A stretch of 64,000 nt of DNA from Anaerolineae bacterium (GTDB lineage Bacteria; Chloroflexota; Anaerolineae; CG2-30-64-16), in assembly GCA_038214535.1 (NCBI GenBank), contig JBBQRS010000001.1, positions 32,620-96,619 of the forward strand, given 5' to 3'. Shown in pieces: positions 38,602 through 47,891 of this stretch (position 1 is the stretch's first letter; every line of letters starts with the position of its first letter). The notes under the pieces were generated by a model, which saw only the letters and a list, made by a program, of their open reading frames with translations, was not told the origin of the DNA and made no database searches. The translations under genes were made by a program, and so were the position numbers.

Positions 38602-40278
38602 ATGACGGATCGAGTTCCCGCGCAGGCGCAGGTTCGATGGACGCTCGCACAGGCAGCGACCTGGCTGGCCGTCCTGCTGCCTGTGTTTGCGTGGGCCCCG
38701 CTGACCTATCCCGGCTACCTCGCGCTGCACAGCGGGTTCCTGTCGATCTTCAACCTCAATGACCTGATGGGGCATCTGAGTGACTTCGCCTGGGCGCCGC
38801 TGGTCGGCCAGCCGCATGACCTGTGGCGCGCGGAGCGCGCGCTGCCCTATCTGCTGGCCGCCGGGCCGCGCCTGCTCGGCTTCGACTCGCTGACCGCGGT
38901 CAAGTTCGTCTTCGGGACGAGCATCATCGCCGGCGCGCTGGGCATCTACGCCTGGGGGCGCGGGCAGATCGGCGCGGGGGCGGCGCTGCTGGCGTCGTTC
39001 CTCTACGTCTTGCTGCCCATCAATCTGGCGACGATCTACGTGCGCGGCGCGTACGCCGAAGCGGTCATCCTGGGGTTGATGCCGTGGATCTTGTTCGCGG
39101 TGCGGCGCGCGACGACCTCTCGGCGCGCAGGCGCAGCGGTCTTTCTAGCGCTTCTGATGGCGGCGGCGTTCTGGACGCAGGCGGGGCTTGCCGTGGGGCT
39201 GAGCCTGATCTGTCTGGTCTATATCCTCATCCTGCTGCGCTCCATCCCCACCGAAATCGCGTTCAGCATTGGGCGTACGCGTGCGGCGCGCAACGTGTGG
39301 CCGCTGCTGGGTTGGCTTGGCGGATGCGTCCTGGGCATGATCGGGCTGATCCCGGTGATCGCGCGCAATGGTTGGGGTGGCCCGGCGCGCGTCGCCTTCG
39401 CGGAGCATTTCGTGTATCCGCACCAATTCCTGAGCGCGGGTTGGGGGTTCGGCCCCAGCATCGCCGGGCCTTACGACACGTTGCCGCTCCAGATAGGCAT
39501 CGTCGCGTTTGGGCTGGCGCTTTTCGCGCTGGTGGACCCTGCCAGTTTACGCCGTCCGGCGAGTGACAGGACGCTAAATCAAGAACGCCGCGTAATGCTC
39601 TTCACGGCTGCCGGTCTGGCGCTGGCGTTGCTGTTCCTGAGTTCCACCCTCTCCGCGCCGCTTTGGCGTATCCTGCCGTTTGCGTCGCGCACGCTCACCT
39701 ATCCGTGGCAACTCACCTTACTGGCCGGGCCGTGGCTGGCGTTGCTGGGCGGGATGGGCAGCCTGGCGCTGTCGCTGCGCGCATGTGAACTTTCCGCCGC
39801 CGCGCCCGTTCCCTTGTATGCCGGGCTGCTGGCGCTGGTCTTGATCGGCTCTTACGCCTACTTAGCCCCGCAGACTACCGATATCCTCCCGCCGGAGCAA
39901 CCGGCCGCGATCTTCGGGGATGACGACTTGGCGCTGTTGCGCGCGGAGGTCGAGGGCACGCCGGGGCCGAACGCGGCGCTCACGCTGAACGCCGCGTGGC
40001 AGGCGCTCAGGCCGCTGACTGAGGATTACACGGTCTTCTTCCACGCGGTTGGCCCCGACGGCGCGATGTGGGGGCAGCACGACAGTATGCCGCGCGACGG
40101 TGCCGCGCCCACCAGCGGCTGGCTGCCGGGCGCGGTGATCACCGATACCCTGCAACTGACCCTCAACCCTGATGCGCCGCCCGGCGCGGGCTATAGTTAT
40201 CCCGTGGGCCTCTATCTCTGGCAGACCGGTGAACGCCTGATGACCGGCGACGCGGACAGCTTCGTGGTGCAGCCATGA
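38602..40278 (+). CDS. PTPS-related/GT-C-like membrane protein (paralogue 2, divergent)
   Basis: IYVRGAYAE, HFVYPHQF, WGFGPS and YPWQ; C-terminal soluble domain DYTVFFH...QHD..P. Confidence 0.7.
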   Translation: MTDRVPAQAQVRWTLAQAATWLAVLLPVFAWAPLTYPGYLALHSGFLSIFNLNDLMGHLSDFAWAPLVGQPHDLWRAERALPYLLAAGPRLLGFDSLTAVKFVFGTSIIAGALGIYAWGRGQIGAGAALLASFLYVLLPINLATIYVRGAYAEAVILGLMPWILFAVRRATTSRRAGAAVFLALLMAAAFWTQAGLAVGLSLICLVYILILLRSIPTEIAFSIGRTRAARNVWPLLGWLGGCVLGMIGLIPVIARNGWGGPARVAFAEHFVYPHQFLSAGWGFGPSIAGPYDTLPLQIGIVAFGLALFALVDPASLRRPASDRTLNQERRVMLFTAAGLALALLFLSSTLSAPLWRILPFASRTLTYPWQLTLLAGPWLALLGGMGSLALSLRACELSAAAPVPLYAGLLALVLIGSYAYLAPQTTDILPPEQPAAIFGDDDLALLRAEVEGTPGPNAALTLNAAWQALRPLTEDYTVFFHAVGPDGAMWGQHDSMPRDGAAPTSGWLPGAVITDTLQLTLNPDAPPGAGYSYPVGLYLWQTGERLMTGDADSFVVQP

Positions 40279-42164
40279 GCGAAACGACCATCCCGCAGAC
40301 CGCGAAGCTCCGGGCGCGCCTGCCGTCCATGCAGTTCTGGTTGGTGTTGATCGTCGGCGTGATCGCGGCGATGCCCCTGCTGCTGCCCGGCTATTTCTGG
40401 GGCGCGCATGACGCGCGCCACGACGTCTACTTCATCTTCCAGTACGATATGTCCGTGCAGGACGGCATCTGGCTGCCGCGCTGGTCGCCCGATTGGACCT
40501 TCGGTTACGGGTATCCTTTCTTCATCGTCTACGGGCCGCTGGCGACCTTCGTCGGCGAGCTGTTCCATCACTTCCTGGGGTTCGGCTTCGAAGAAAGCGT
40601 CAAGGCGGTGCTGGCGCTCTCCATCGTGCTGTCCGGGCTGGCAATGTATGGCTTCGTCCGGTCGTGGCTGGGGCGCAACGCCGGGCTGGTCGCGGCCGTA
40701 GCCTACATGGTCGTGCCCTATCACCTCGTAGACGTGTTCGTCCGCGCGGCGATGGCAGAGTCGGTGGCGCTGGTGTTCGTGCCGCTCGCGCTGTGGGGCT
40801 TTCGCGAGTGCGTGGTGCGCCCGCGCTGGTCGGCGCTGATCGGGGCTGCGCTGGCCTATGCCGGGCTGATGTGGACGAGCAACCTCGTGGCGATCGTCTT
40901 CACCCCGGCGCTGGCGATCTACGTGGCTGCGCTGATCTTCTGGCGGGCGCGCGATGCCGCGGGATCTGACTGGCGCGGCGTCCTGGGACAGTTTGTCAAA
41001 GGCGCGTGGGTTCCCGGCTTTGCGTTTGTGTGCGGCCTGAGCCTCAGCGCGGCCTTCTTCATCCCTGCGCTGGTCGAGCAGCAGTACATCAACCGGACGC
41101 AGTGGTTCGGCGAATATTACGATCCCACGCAGCATTTCGTCTACTTCAATCAATTGTTCAATCCGGCGTGGGGGTTCGGCATCAGCCAGCCCGGCCCGGA
41201 TGATATCGCGCAGGGGGCGATGAGCTACCAGTTGGGGGCCGTCGCGGTGCTGCTGGCGATGGTCGCTGCGGTCGCCGCGGTCGTCTTGCCGCGGCGCGTG
41301 CGGCGCGAGCTGTGGTTCTGGGCCCTATGGGGCGTCGTCAGCGTCGGGCTGACGCTCGGCGTCTCGGCATGGCTGTGGCAGCACGTCCCGATCATCCCTT
41401 ACGCGCAGTTCCCGTGGCGCTACCTGATGCTGGCGATCCTGCCGCTCAGCGTGTTGCCCGCCGCGCTGGCCGCGCCGTTACCATGGACTGGCGGCTTCGA
41501 GGAGGGAGTCGTTGTTGGCTACGATGATCGCGCGCCATCCTGGGCCGCGGTTGCGCTGGCCGGGTTGTTGCTGTTGGGCAGCTATCCCTATCTCCGCGTC
41601 GAGGTGCGCGAGCCGACCATCGAGCAGGGGCCGGTGTCGCACGCCGCACTGATGCGTTTCCAGCGCACCAGCGACGAAATGACAGGGGTCACGGTGTGGG
41701 TAGACCCGGCGCAGCGTCCCAACTGGTCGCCGATGGCCGAGATCTGGGTGCGCGACGGGGAAGTGACCACCCGCGTGGACTACGGCCAGGTGCCGCAGAC
41801 GGAAACGTTGGCGGTCAACTCGGAGGATATGGGCAGCGCCCACGAGCAGATCTATTTCTACGCCAAAGATCCCGGCCAGACCATCACCTTCAACTGGTTC
41901 TGGTATCCCGGTTGGACGGCCTATCTGCTGGACGGCAAGGACGGCGCGCCGGTGCGTGAGATGCCGATCCTGCGCGAGGAGGGGCCGCTGGCGCGTATTG
42001 TGTTGCCCGTCCCCGCGGGCGAGGGCTACATCCTGTTGCGCATGGAGGAGACGCCGCTACGCCGCGCGGCCCGATGGATTACGCTGATCACGATTGCTTT
42101 GTTGATTCTGACTCCGGTTATCTTCATGTTGACTCGCAACCGACGACGAAAGGTGACGCTCTGA
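40275..42164 (+). CDS. PTPS-related/GT-C-like membrane protein (paralogue 3)
   Basis: HDARH...LPRW...GYGYP, PYHL...FVRAAMAE, QFPWR and WYPGW; ATGA overlap with the upstream gene. Confidence 0.75.
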   Translation: MSETTIPQTAKLRARLPSMQFWLVLIVGVIAAMPLLLPGYFWGAHDARHDVYFIFQYDMSVQDGIWLPRWSPDWTFGYGYPFFIVYGPLATFVGELFHHFLGFGFEESVKAVLALSIVLSGLAMYGFVRSWLGRNAGLVAAVAYMVVPYHLVDVFVRAAMAESVALVFVPLALWGFRECVVRPRWSALIGAALAYAGLMWTSNLVAIVFTPALAIYVAALIFWRARDAAGSDWRGVLGQFVKGAWVPGFAFVCGLSLSAAFFIPALVEQQYINRTQWFGEYYDPTQHFVYFNQLFNPAWGFGISQPGPDDIAQGAMSYQLGAVAVLLAMVAAVAAVVLPRRVRRELWFWALWGVVSVGLTLGVSAWLWQHVPIIPYAQFPWRYLMLAILPLSVLPAALAAPLPWTGGFEEGVVVGYDDRAPSWAAVALAGLLLLGSYPYLRVEVREPTIEQGPVSHAALMRFQRTSDEMTGVTVWVDPAQRPNWSPMAEIWVRDGEVTTRVDYGQVPQTETLAVNSEDMGSAHEQIYFYAKDPGQTITFNWFWYPGWTAYLLDGKDGAPVREMPILREEGPLARIVLPVPAGEGYILLRMEETPLRRAARWITLITIALLILTPVIFMLTRNRRRKVTL

Positions 42165-42736
42165 TGATTTCCGACAACCTCTGGCGCGGCGAGCGCGTGC
42201 GGCTCACCGGTTTGACGAAGGAAGACGCGGCGCAGGTCGCAATCTGGTTTGGCGACGCCGGCCTGCTGCGCCTGTGGAATGCGGAGGCAGCGCGGCCACA
42301 AACTGAGGCGGCCACGACCAAATACCTGGAGGATATGGAGAAAAAGCCAAACGCCTTCATTTTTGCGATTCGCCCGCTGGAGAGCGATGCGCTCCTCGGC
42401 TATCTGGAACTGGATGACATCATCTGGTCAAACGGGGTGGGCTGGTTTGCCATCGGCATTGGCGACCGCGCCAACTGGGGCAAGGGTTACGGGCGCGAGG
42501 CGATGACGCTGGCGCTGGATTACGCGTTTCGCGAGCTGAACCTGCATCGCGTGCAACTTACGGTTTTCGCATACAACGAGCGCGCGATCGCGCTCTACGA
42601 GAAGCTGGGCTTCCGGCGCGAAGGCGTCTTCCGCGAGTTCCTGCACCGCGACGGAAAGTGCTACGATATGTATCTCTACGGGATACTGCGCGCCGAACGG
42701 GAATCTCGCTTTGATTTGAAACCAGGAGCAGGTTGA
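42164..42736 (+). CDS. GNAT acetyltransferase, RimJ/RimL family
   Basis: WGKGYGREA and NERAIALYEKLGF; TGATG coupling. Confidence 0.88.
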   Translation: MISDNLWRGERVRLTGLTKEDAAQVAIWFGDAGLLRLWNAEAARPQTEAATTKYLEDMEKKPNAFIFAIRPLESDALLGYLELDDIIWSNGVGWFAIGIGDRANWGKGYGREAMTLALDYAFRELNLHRVQLTVFAYNERAIALYEKLGFRREGVFREFLHRDGKCYDMYLYGILRAERESRFDLKPGAG

Positions 42737-42737
42737 T

Positions 42738-43265
42738 ATGCGTTTTGTCGAAGTGCGTCGCCATACGATGCGCACGAAGCCGGGCCAGCACCTTTCGCAG
42801 CCCGGCGTGACCCTCGCGCGCCGGGTCGGCAATTCAATGGGGCCGTTTGACCGCGTGATTACCAGCACCTTGCCCCGCGCGTACGAGACGACCATCGCCA
42901 TGGGCTACGCGGTTGACGAGGATACCGACGCCCTGTCGCAGATGGGTTACACTGTCAGTGAAGGCGTGGCGTGGCCCACACCATTTGGCCGCATTGCGCG
43001 CGCCATGCACAGCAATGACGCGGTCTCGGTCTATGCGCGCGACCAGGCCGATCTCTGGCGCTCCTACGCCGCCGCGCTCCCCGACGGGGGCGCGGCGCTG
43101 ATCATCAGTCACGGCGGCATTGTAGAGTTGGGCGCGGTGGCCGCCCTGCCCGCAGCCGAGCATGAGATGTGGGGCGCACACATTGATTATTGTGAAGGGA
43201 TACGCCTTGTGTTTGAAGACGGAGTTTTTGTGTCGGGCGAGATACTGAGGGTGGGTGCATCATGA
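42738..43265 (+). CDS. Histidine phosphatase family protein
   Basis: N-terminal RH motif, STLPRA.ET and ISHGG. Confidence 0.7.
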   Translation: MRFVEVRRHTMRTKPGQHLSQPGVTLARRVGNSMGPFDRVITSTLPRAYETTIAMGYAVDEDTDALSQMGYTVSEGVAWPTPFGRIARAMHSNDAVSVYARDQADLWRSYAAALPDGGAALIISHGGIVELGAVAALPAAEHEMWGAHIDYCEGIRLVFEDGVFVSGEILRVGAS

Positions 43266-44089
43266 GTTCCCCGGCGCGCCCCCTGATCCTCTTGACCAAC
43301 GACGATGGGCTGCGCTCGCCGGGGCTGCTGGCCGCGGTGGAGGCGGTGGCTGACCTGGGCGACTTGATGATCGTCGCGCCCGCCGAGCAGCAGACGGGCG
43401 TGGGGCGCGGGATGCCCCCGCCGAGCAGCGCCGAGATTCTGGTGGAGCAGATCACCGTGGCCGGGCGCGACGTGCCCGCTTACGGCCTCTTCGCGTCGCC
43501 TGCGATTTGCACGCTTTACGGCGTCCTTGCGCTGGCTCCCCGCCGGCCCGCACTGGTGATCTCCGGCATCAACTACGGCGAGAACCTGGGCACGGCCGTC
43601 ACCGCCTCCGGCACGGTGGGCGCAGCGTTGCAAGCCGCCGAGTTGGGCATCCCGGCGCTGGCCGTGTCGCTGGAGACCGACCAGGCGTATCATTTCCATC
43701 ACGGCGAGGATGTCACCTGGGACGCGGCGGCGCATTTCACGCGCTTCTTCGCGGAGGCGATGCTGAACTCGTCCGGCGCGCAACTTCCGGCGGACGTGGA
43801 CGTAATGAAATTAGATGTTCCCGCGGATGCGACGCCGGAGACGCCGTGGCGGGTGACACGACAATCGCGCCAGGCGTATTATGAGACGCGCCCGCCCGTG
43901 CCCCTGCCGCCGCCCGGCAAGATGGTGCGGCTCGACTACGGGGTGAACATCAACTGGGCGACGCTGGAACCGGATTCCGATATCTGGGCGTTCGCCCACG
44001 ACCGCGTGGTCTCGATCACGCCGTTGAGCCATGACCTGACGGCGCGGACGAACCTGACAGACCTGGAGCGGCAGTTTCGATCCGGGTAG
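43262..44089 (+). CDS. surE: 5'/3'-nucleotidase SurE
   Basis: LLTNDDG, SGINYGENLG, SGTVGAA and SITPL. Confidence 0.93.
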   Translation: MSSPARPLILLTNDDGLRSPGLLAAVEAVADLGDLMIVAPAEQQTGVGRGMPPPSSAEILVEQITVAGRDVPAYGLFASPAICTLYGVLALAPRRPALVISGINYGENLGTAVTASGTVGAALQAAELGIPALAVSLETDQAYHFHHGEDVTWDAAAHFTRFFAEAMLNSSGAQLPADVDVMKLDVPADATPETPWRVTRQSRQAYYETRPPVPLPPPGKMVRLDYGVNINWATLEPDSDIWAFAHDRVVSITPLSHDLTARTNLTDLERQFRSG

Positions 44090-44122
44090 TCTGTACGATT
44101 GGTTTTTAGGCTCTTTCCCTTC

Positions 44123-44174
44123 GTAGTGACGGCTTTAGCCGTTGTAGTGCCCCAACGGCTAAAGCCGTCACTAC
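44123..44174. repeat. REPIN family B copy
   Basis: GTAGTGACGGCTTTAGCCGTT...AACGGCTAAAGCCGTCACTAC. Confidence 0.85.
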
Positions 44175-44289
44175 GAAGGCGAGTACGGAGATTTTTCGCT
44201 GGAATCTCGCCGCAACGAGAGTTTGTCGGTCAACCCGCTCACGGTACCGTGACAGAGTGGTTGAAGTGCTTTAGGAAGGTAATGCAACG

Positions 44290-45930
44290 ATGGTTGGTAA
44301 ACGACGGCTAACGCCGATAGTTCTGATCCTCTTTACCCTGTGGTTGAGCGCGTGCGCGTCGGCCCCCGTGCAACCGCTCGCGTTCAACGCGCCGCCGTGG
44401 GCCGACGGCGAGGTCAGCCTCTATGGCGTGCAGGATCGCAACGGCTCGACGTTGGGGACGGCGTACTGGCGCATGGCGCAGACGCCGGAAGGGTGGTCGC
44501 AGTCTTACGCGCTGAACCTCTCGGGGCGGCCCGATGAGGGCGACGTGTTGCTGGGTGGCGACCTGCGCCCCCTCCGGTCGTGGCGCGAGAACGCAGCGGG
44601 GCGCGTCGAAACCGAATACGGTTCCGATAATGTGACGATCAAGACGACCCCGATCACCGGCGGCGACCCCCAGGTTAAAACACTCCCCTTGCAGCCCGAC
44701 ACGCTGGACAACGATCAGGTGTTGCAGGCGCAGCGCGCTCTGCCGCTGGCTGACGGCTACGGTACGAGTTATGTCAACCTTGTTCCGGCCACGGGGATCG
44801 CCATCAACTCGACGTTGCGCGTGGTTGGGAAGGAGACGCTGACCGTACCCGCCGGAACCTTCCCCACGTGGCACGCCGAAATGACGGCGGGGGGCAGCAC
44901 GCACGATGTGTGGTATGGGCAGGCCGCGCCCTACCCGATGGTGCAATATCGCAACCGCTCGTCGGGGGCAGTCTTCCAATTGCGCGAGACCGGGACGGAT
45001 GTGAACGTGGACGCGCTTCCAACGTCTGCCGCTGCCAGTTCTGAGTTTCCCGCGATCAGCACGCCGCTGCTACTTTCGACGGCGCTCATCCAGTTGCCGC
45101 TGATGCTGATCTTCCCGCTGGCGCTGGGCTGGTGGATCCGACGGCGCTACGGCCCCGGCTGGGGCATCTTCGCGGCGGGCGCGCTGACCTTCGTCCTGTC
45201 GCAGGTGGTGCATCTGCCGCTGAATTACGCGCTGGGGCTGCTGGGGGGCGGGCGCGGCGTGGCCCTCTGGCCGCTGATCCCGATGGCGCTGGTTGCGGGG
45301 TTGAGCGCCGGCATCTGCGAAGAAGGCGCGCGCTGGGTCGTGCTGACCTTCTTCCTGAAGCGCGTGCGGTCGTGGGCGCCGGGGCTGCAATATGGTGCGG
45401 GTCACGGCGGCGGCGAGGCGATCATTTTTGGCTCGCTCGTGCTCATCAATCTTGTCACGATGCTCGTGCTGCCTTCGATGGGGCAACTTTCCGCGATGAT
45501 CCCACCGGAGACGATGGATCAGATTCGTATGGGCGCGTCGGCTTATTGGGCGACGCCCTGGTATATGGCGATCATCGGCGGGTTGGAGCGCGTCTTTGCG
45601 ATCACGCTGCAAATCGCGATGGCGTTACTGGTGGTGCGCTCCGTCGCCGAGCGGAAAGCCATCTATCTGCTGGCGGCTATCGGCATCCACACCGCGGTAG
45701 ACGCCTTCTCGGTGTGGAGCATCCAGACCCTGGGCGTCTTCCCCACGGAGATCGGGATTGCGGTCATGGCGCTGGGCGCGCTGTGGCTGATCCTCCGCCT
45801 GCGCGCGCCGATGACCCCGCCCGACGCCCCGGCTCCCGTCGCGCCGGATCGCCCGGATGGGCCCATCACGGCGCGCCCGCTTTCTAAGGAAGAACTGATG
45901 CGCCGCATCGAAGAATCGAAGTATGAGTGA
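44290..45930 (+). CDS. YhfC-family intramembrane glutamic protease fused to an N-terminal lipoprotein beta domain
   Basis: Lipobox LSAC; TVPAGTF (DUF3108-like); GICEEGAR, GAGHGGGEA, GLER and IHTAVD. Confidence 0.8.
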   Translation: MVGKRRLTPIVLILFTLWLSACASAPVQPLAFNAPPWADGEVSLYGVQDRNGSTLGTAYWRMAQTPEGWSQSYALNLSGRPDEGDVLLGGDLRPLRSWRENAAGRVETEYGSDNVTIKTTPITGGDPQVKTLPLQPDTLDNDQVLQAQRALPLADGYGTSYVNLVPATGIAINSTLRVVGKETLTVPAGTFPTWHAEMTAGGSTHDVWYGQAAPYPMVQYRNRSSGAVFQLRETGTDVNVDALPTSAAASSEFPAISTPLLLSTALIQLPLMLIFPLALGWWIRRRYGPGWGIFAAGALTFVLSQVVHLPLNYALGLLGGGRGVALWPLIPMALVAGLSAGICEEGARWVVLTFFLKRVRSWAPGLQYGAGHGGGEAIIFGSLVLINLVTMLVLPSMGQLSAMIPPETMDQIRMGASAYWATPWYMAIIGGLERVFAITLQIAMALLVVRSVAERKAIYLLAAIGIHTAVDAFSVWSIQTLGVFPTEIGIAVMALGALWLILRLRAPMTPPDAPAPVAPDRPDGPITARPLSKEELMRRIEESKYE

Positions 45931-45939
45931 TTTTCCTTT

Positions 45940-46035
45940 GTAGTAACGGCTTCAGCCGTTTGCGTCACCCCAACGGCTGAAGCCGTTACTACGAAAGGGG
46001 TAGAGCGTCACCCCAACGGCTGAAGCCGTCACTAC
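45940..46035. repeat. REPIN family B with a duplicated right arm
   Basis: Inverted pair 45940-45992 followed by a direct repeat of GCGTCACCCCAACGGCTGAAGCCGTyACTACGAA. Confidence 0.85.
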
Positions 46036-46067
46036 GAAGGGTGCATAAGACACTTTCGAGGTTTGTT

Positions 46068-47027
46068 GTGATTCGCACTGAGGGATTGAGCAAGGTTTTC
46101 GATACCAGAAGCGGCCCGTTTACTGCGGTAGAGAGTTTGAGCTTGCAGGTGAACGAGGGCGAGGTGTTCGGCTTCCTGGGGCCGAACGGCGCGGGCAAGA
46201 CGACGACGGTGCGGATGCTGGCGTGCCTCATCGCGCCCACCGCCGGGCGCGCCTGGGTCAACAACCTGGAAGTGGGGCAGGATGACACCCGGATTCGCGG
46301 CGGGTTGGGCATCTTGACCGAGTCGCCGGGCCTCTATGACCGGTTGAGCGCAGAGCGCAATCTGGAAATCTTCGCCGAACTGTATGACGCGCCGGATCCG
46401 CAGGGCCAGGCGGAGAAGTATCTGCGGTTGCTCGGATTGTGGGATCGGCGCGAGAGCGATGCGGGCACATTGAGCAAGGGGATGCGCCAGAAGCTGGCGA
46501 TTGCACGGGCGTTGTTGCACGAGCCGCCGGTGCTCTTCCTGGATGAGCCGACCAGCGGGCTGGACCCCGAAGCCGCCAAGACCGTGCGCGACTTCATCGA
46601 AACGCTGCGCGGCCAGGGGCGGACGATCTTCCTCTGCACCCACAACCTGGATGAGGCGGAGCGTCTGTGCGACCGCATCGGCGTCTTTCGGCAGCGCCTC
46701 ATCGCGGTGGATACGCCGGATGCCCTGCGGCGTCAACTGTTCGGGCGGCAAACGGTCGTGCATCTGGCCCGGATGGACGGCGCATTTGCTCAAGCTGTGC
46801 GTTCGCTGCCCTTCGTGCAGGGCGTTGACGTGCTGGACGGCGCGGACGGCGGAGGTAAGCTGGTGATCGGCGTGCAGGACCCGGCGGCGCAAAACCCCGA
46901 GATCGTCCGCGTGCTGGCGGCGCAGGGGGCGCAAATCCAGTTCGTCAACGAGTTACGCCATTCGTTGGAATCGGTCTATCTGAGCCTATTGGAAAACGAC
47001 GCCAACGGCAAGGAGCGGGGCGCGTGA
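46068..47027 (+). CDS. ABC-2 type exporter ATP-binding protein
   Basis: GPNGAGKTT, LSKGMRQ and LDEPTSGLDP; GTG start after GAGG. Confidence 0.9.
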   Translation: MIRTEGLSKVFDTRSGPFTAVESLSLQVNEGEVFGFLGPNGAGKTTTVRMLACLIAPTAGRAWVNNLEVGQDDTRIRGGLGILTESPGLYDRLSAERNLEIFAELYDAPDPQGQAEKYLRLLGLWDRRESDAGTLSKGMRQKLAIARALLHEPPVLFLDEPTSGLDPEAAKTVRDFIETLRGQGRTIFLCTHNLDEAERLCDRIGVFRQRLIAVDTPDALRRQLFGRQTVVHLARMDGAFAQAVRSLPFVQGVDVLDGADGGGKLVIGVQDPAAQNPEIVRVLAAQGAQIQFVNELRHSLESVYLSLLENDANGKERGA

Positions 47028-47815
47028 AACATATTCGCACGATCTTCGTCAAAGAGTGGCAAGACGCCCTGCGCAACAAGACGGTGTTCTACGTGGTGGT
47101 GCTGGTGCCGCTCTTCATGGTCATCCTCCCCATCGTGCTGCTCTTCCTGATGGCGCGCCTACCGGTGAGCGAGAGCGACATGGCGGAGTTGGGCCGGGCG
47201 CTGAACAACCCCATGTTTGCGGGGATGCTGCCGGCGGAGGCGATGCAATCGGTGCTGACCAGCAATATGCTGGTGCTTTTCCTGATGATGCCCGTCATGG
47301 TGCCCGTGACCATCGCGTCCTATAGCATCGTGGGCGAGAAGGCGCAACGCTCGCTCGAGCCGCTGCTGGCGACACCGATCACCACCCCTGAATTGTTGTT
47401 GGGCAAGGGGCTGGCCGCCGCCATACCGGGGATCCTGACCACCTGGATCGCCTATGGCATCTTCCTGGTCTTTGCCTACTTCCTCTCGGCGTCGCCGCGC
47501 GTGTTCAGCGTCTTCATCAACCCGATGTGGCTGGTGGCGCTCTTCGTGCTCGCGCCCCTGTTGGCGATCATGGCCGTCAACTTCGGGCTGATCATCAGCA
47601 GCCGGGTGTCAGACCCGCGTTCGGCGGAGCAGTTGGGCGCGCTGGTGGTGTTGCCGCTCATGTTATTGTTCATTGGCGGTCTTTCCGGTATCATTGCGCT
47701 GAACAGCATGACCTTCTGGGTGGTTGCGGTGCTAACGATGGTTGCCGACGTGGCGCTGGTGGTTCTTGCAGTGAAGCTGTTTCAGCGCGAAACGATCCTG
47801 ACCCGTTGGAAATAG
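47024..47815 (+). CDS. ABC-2 type exporter permease
   Basis: SIVGEK..RSLEPLLATP; about six hydrophobic segments. Confidence 0.88.
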   Translation: MKHIRTIFVKEWQDALRNKTVFYVVVLVPLFMVILPIVLLFLMARLPVSESDMAELGRALNNPMFAGMLPAEAMQSVLTSNMLVLFLMMPVMVPVTIASYSIVGEKAQRSLEPLLATPITTPELLLGKGLAAAIPGILTTWIAYGIFLVFAYFLSASPRVFSVFINPMWLVALFVLAPLLAIMAVNFGLIISSRVSDPRSAEQLGALVVLPLMLLFIGGLSGIIALNSMTFWVVAVLTMVADVALVVLAVKLFQRETILTRWK

Positions 47816-47824
47816 CCTGCCGCC

Positions 47825-47848
47825 GACGCCCACAAGGGGCTAGACCAC
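47825..47848. repeat. REP family A half copy
   Basis: GACGCCCACAAGGGGCTAGAC. Confidence 0.7.
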
Positions 47849-47891
47849 CGGGTTTTCGGCCAGAAATTTTAATCTCCGGGGGAACTGCGAC

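Noticed and set aside
45940-46038. Repeated units considered as a mini CRISPR array
   Set aside because: They are REP palindromes with no unique spacers, and there are no cas genes.
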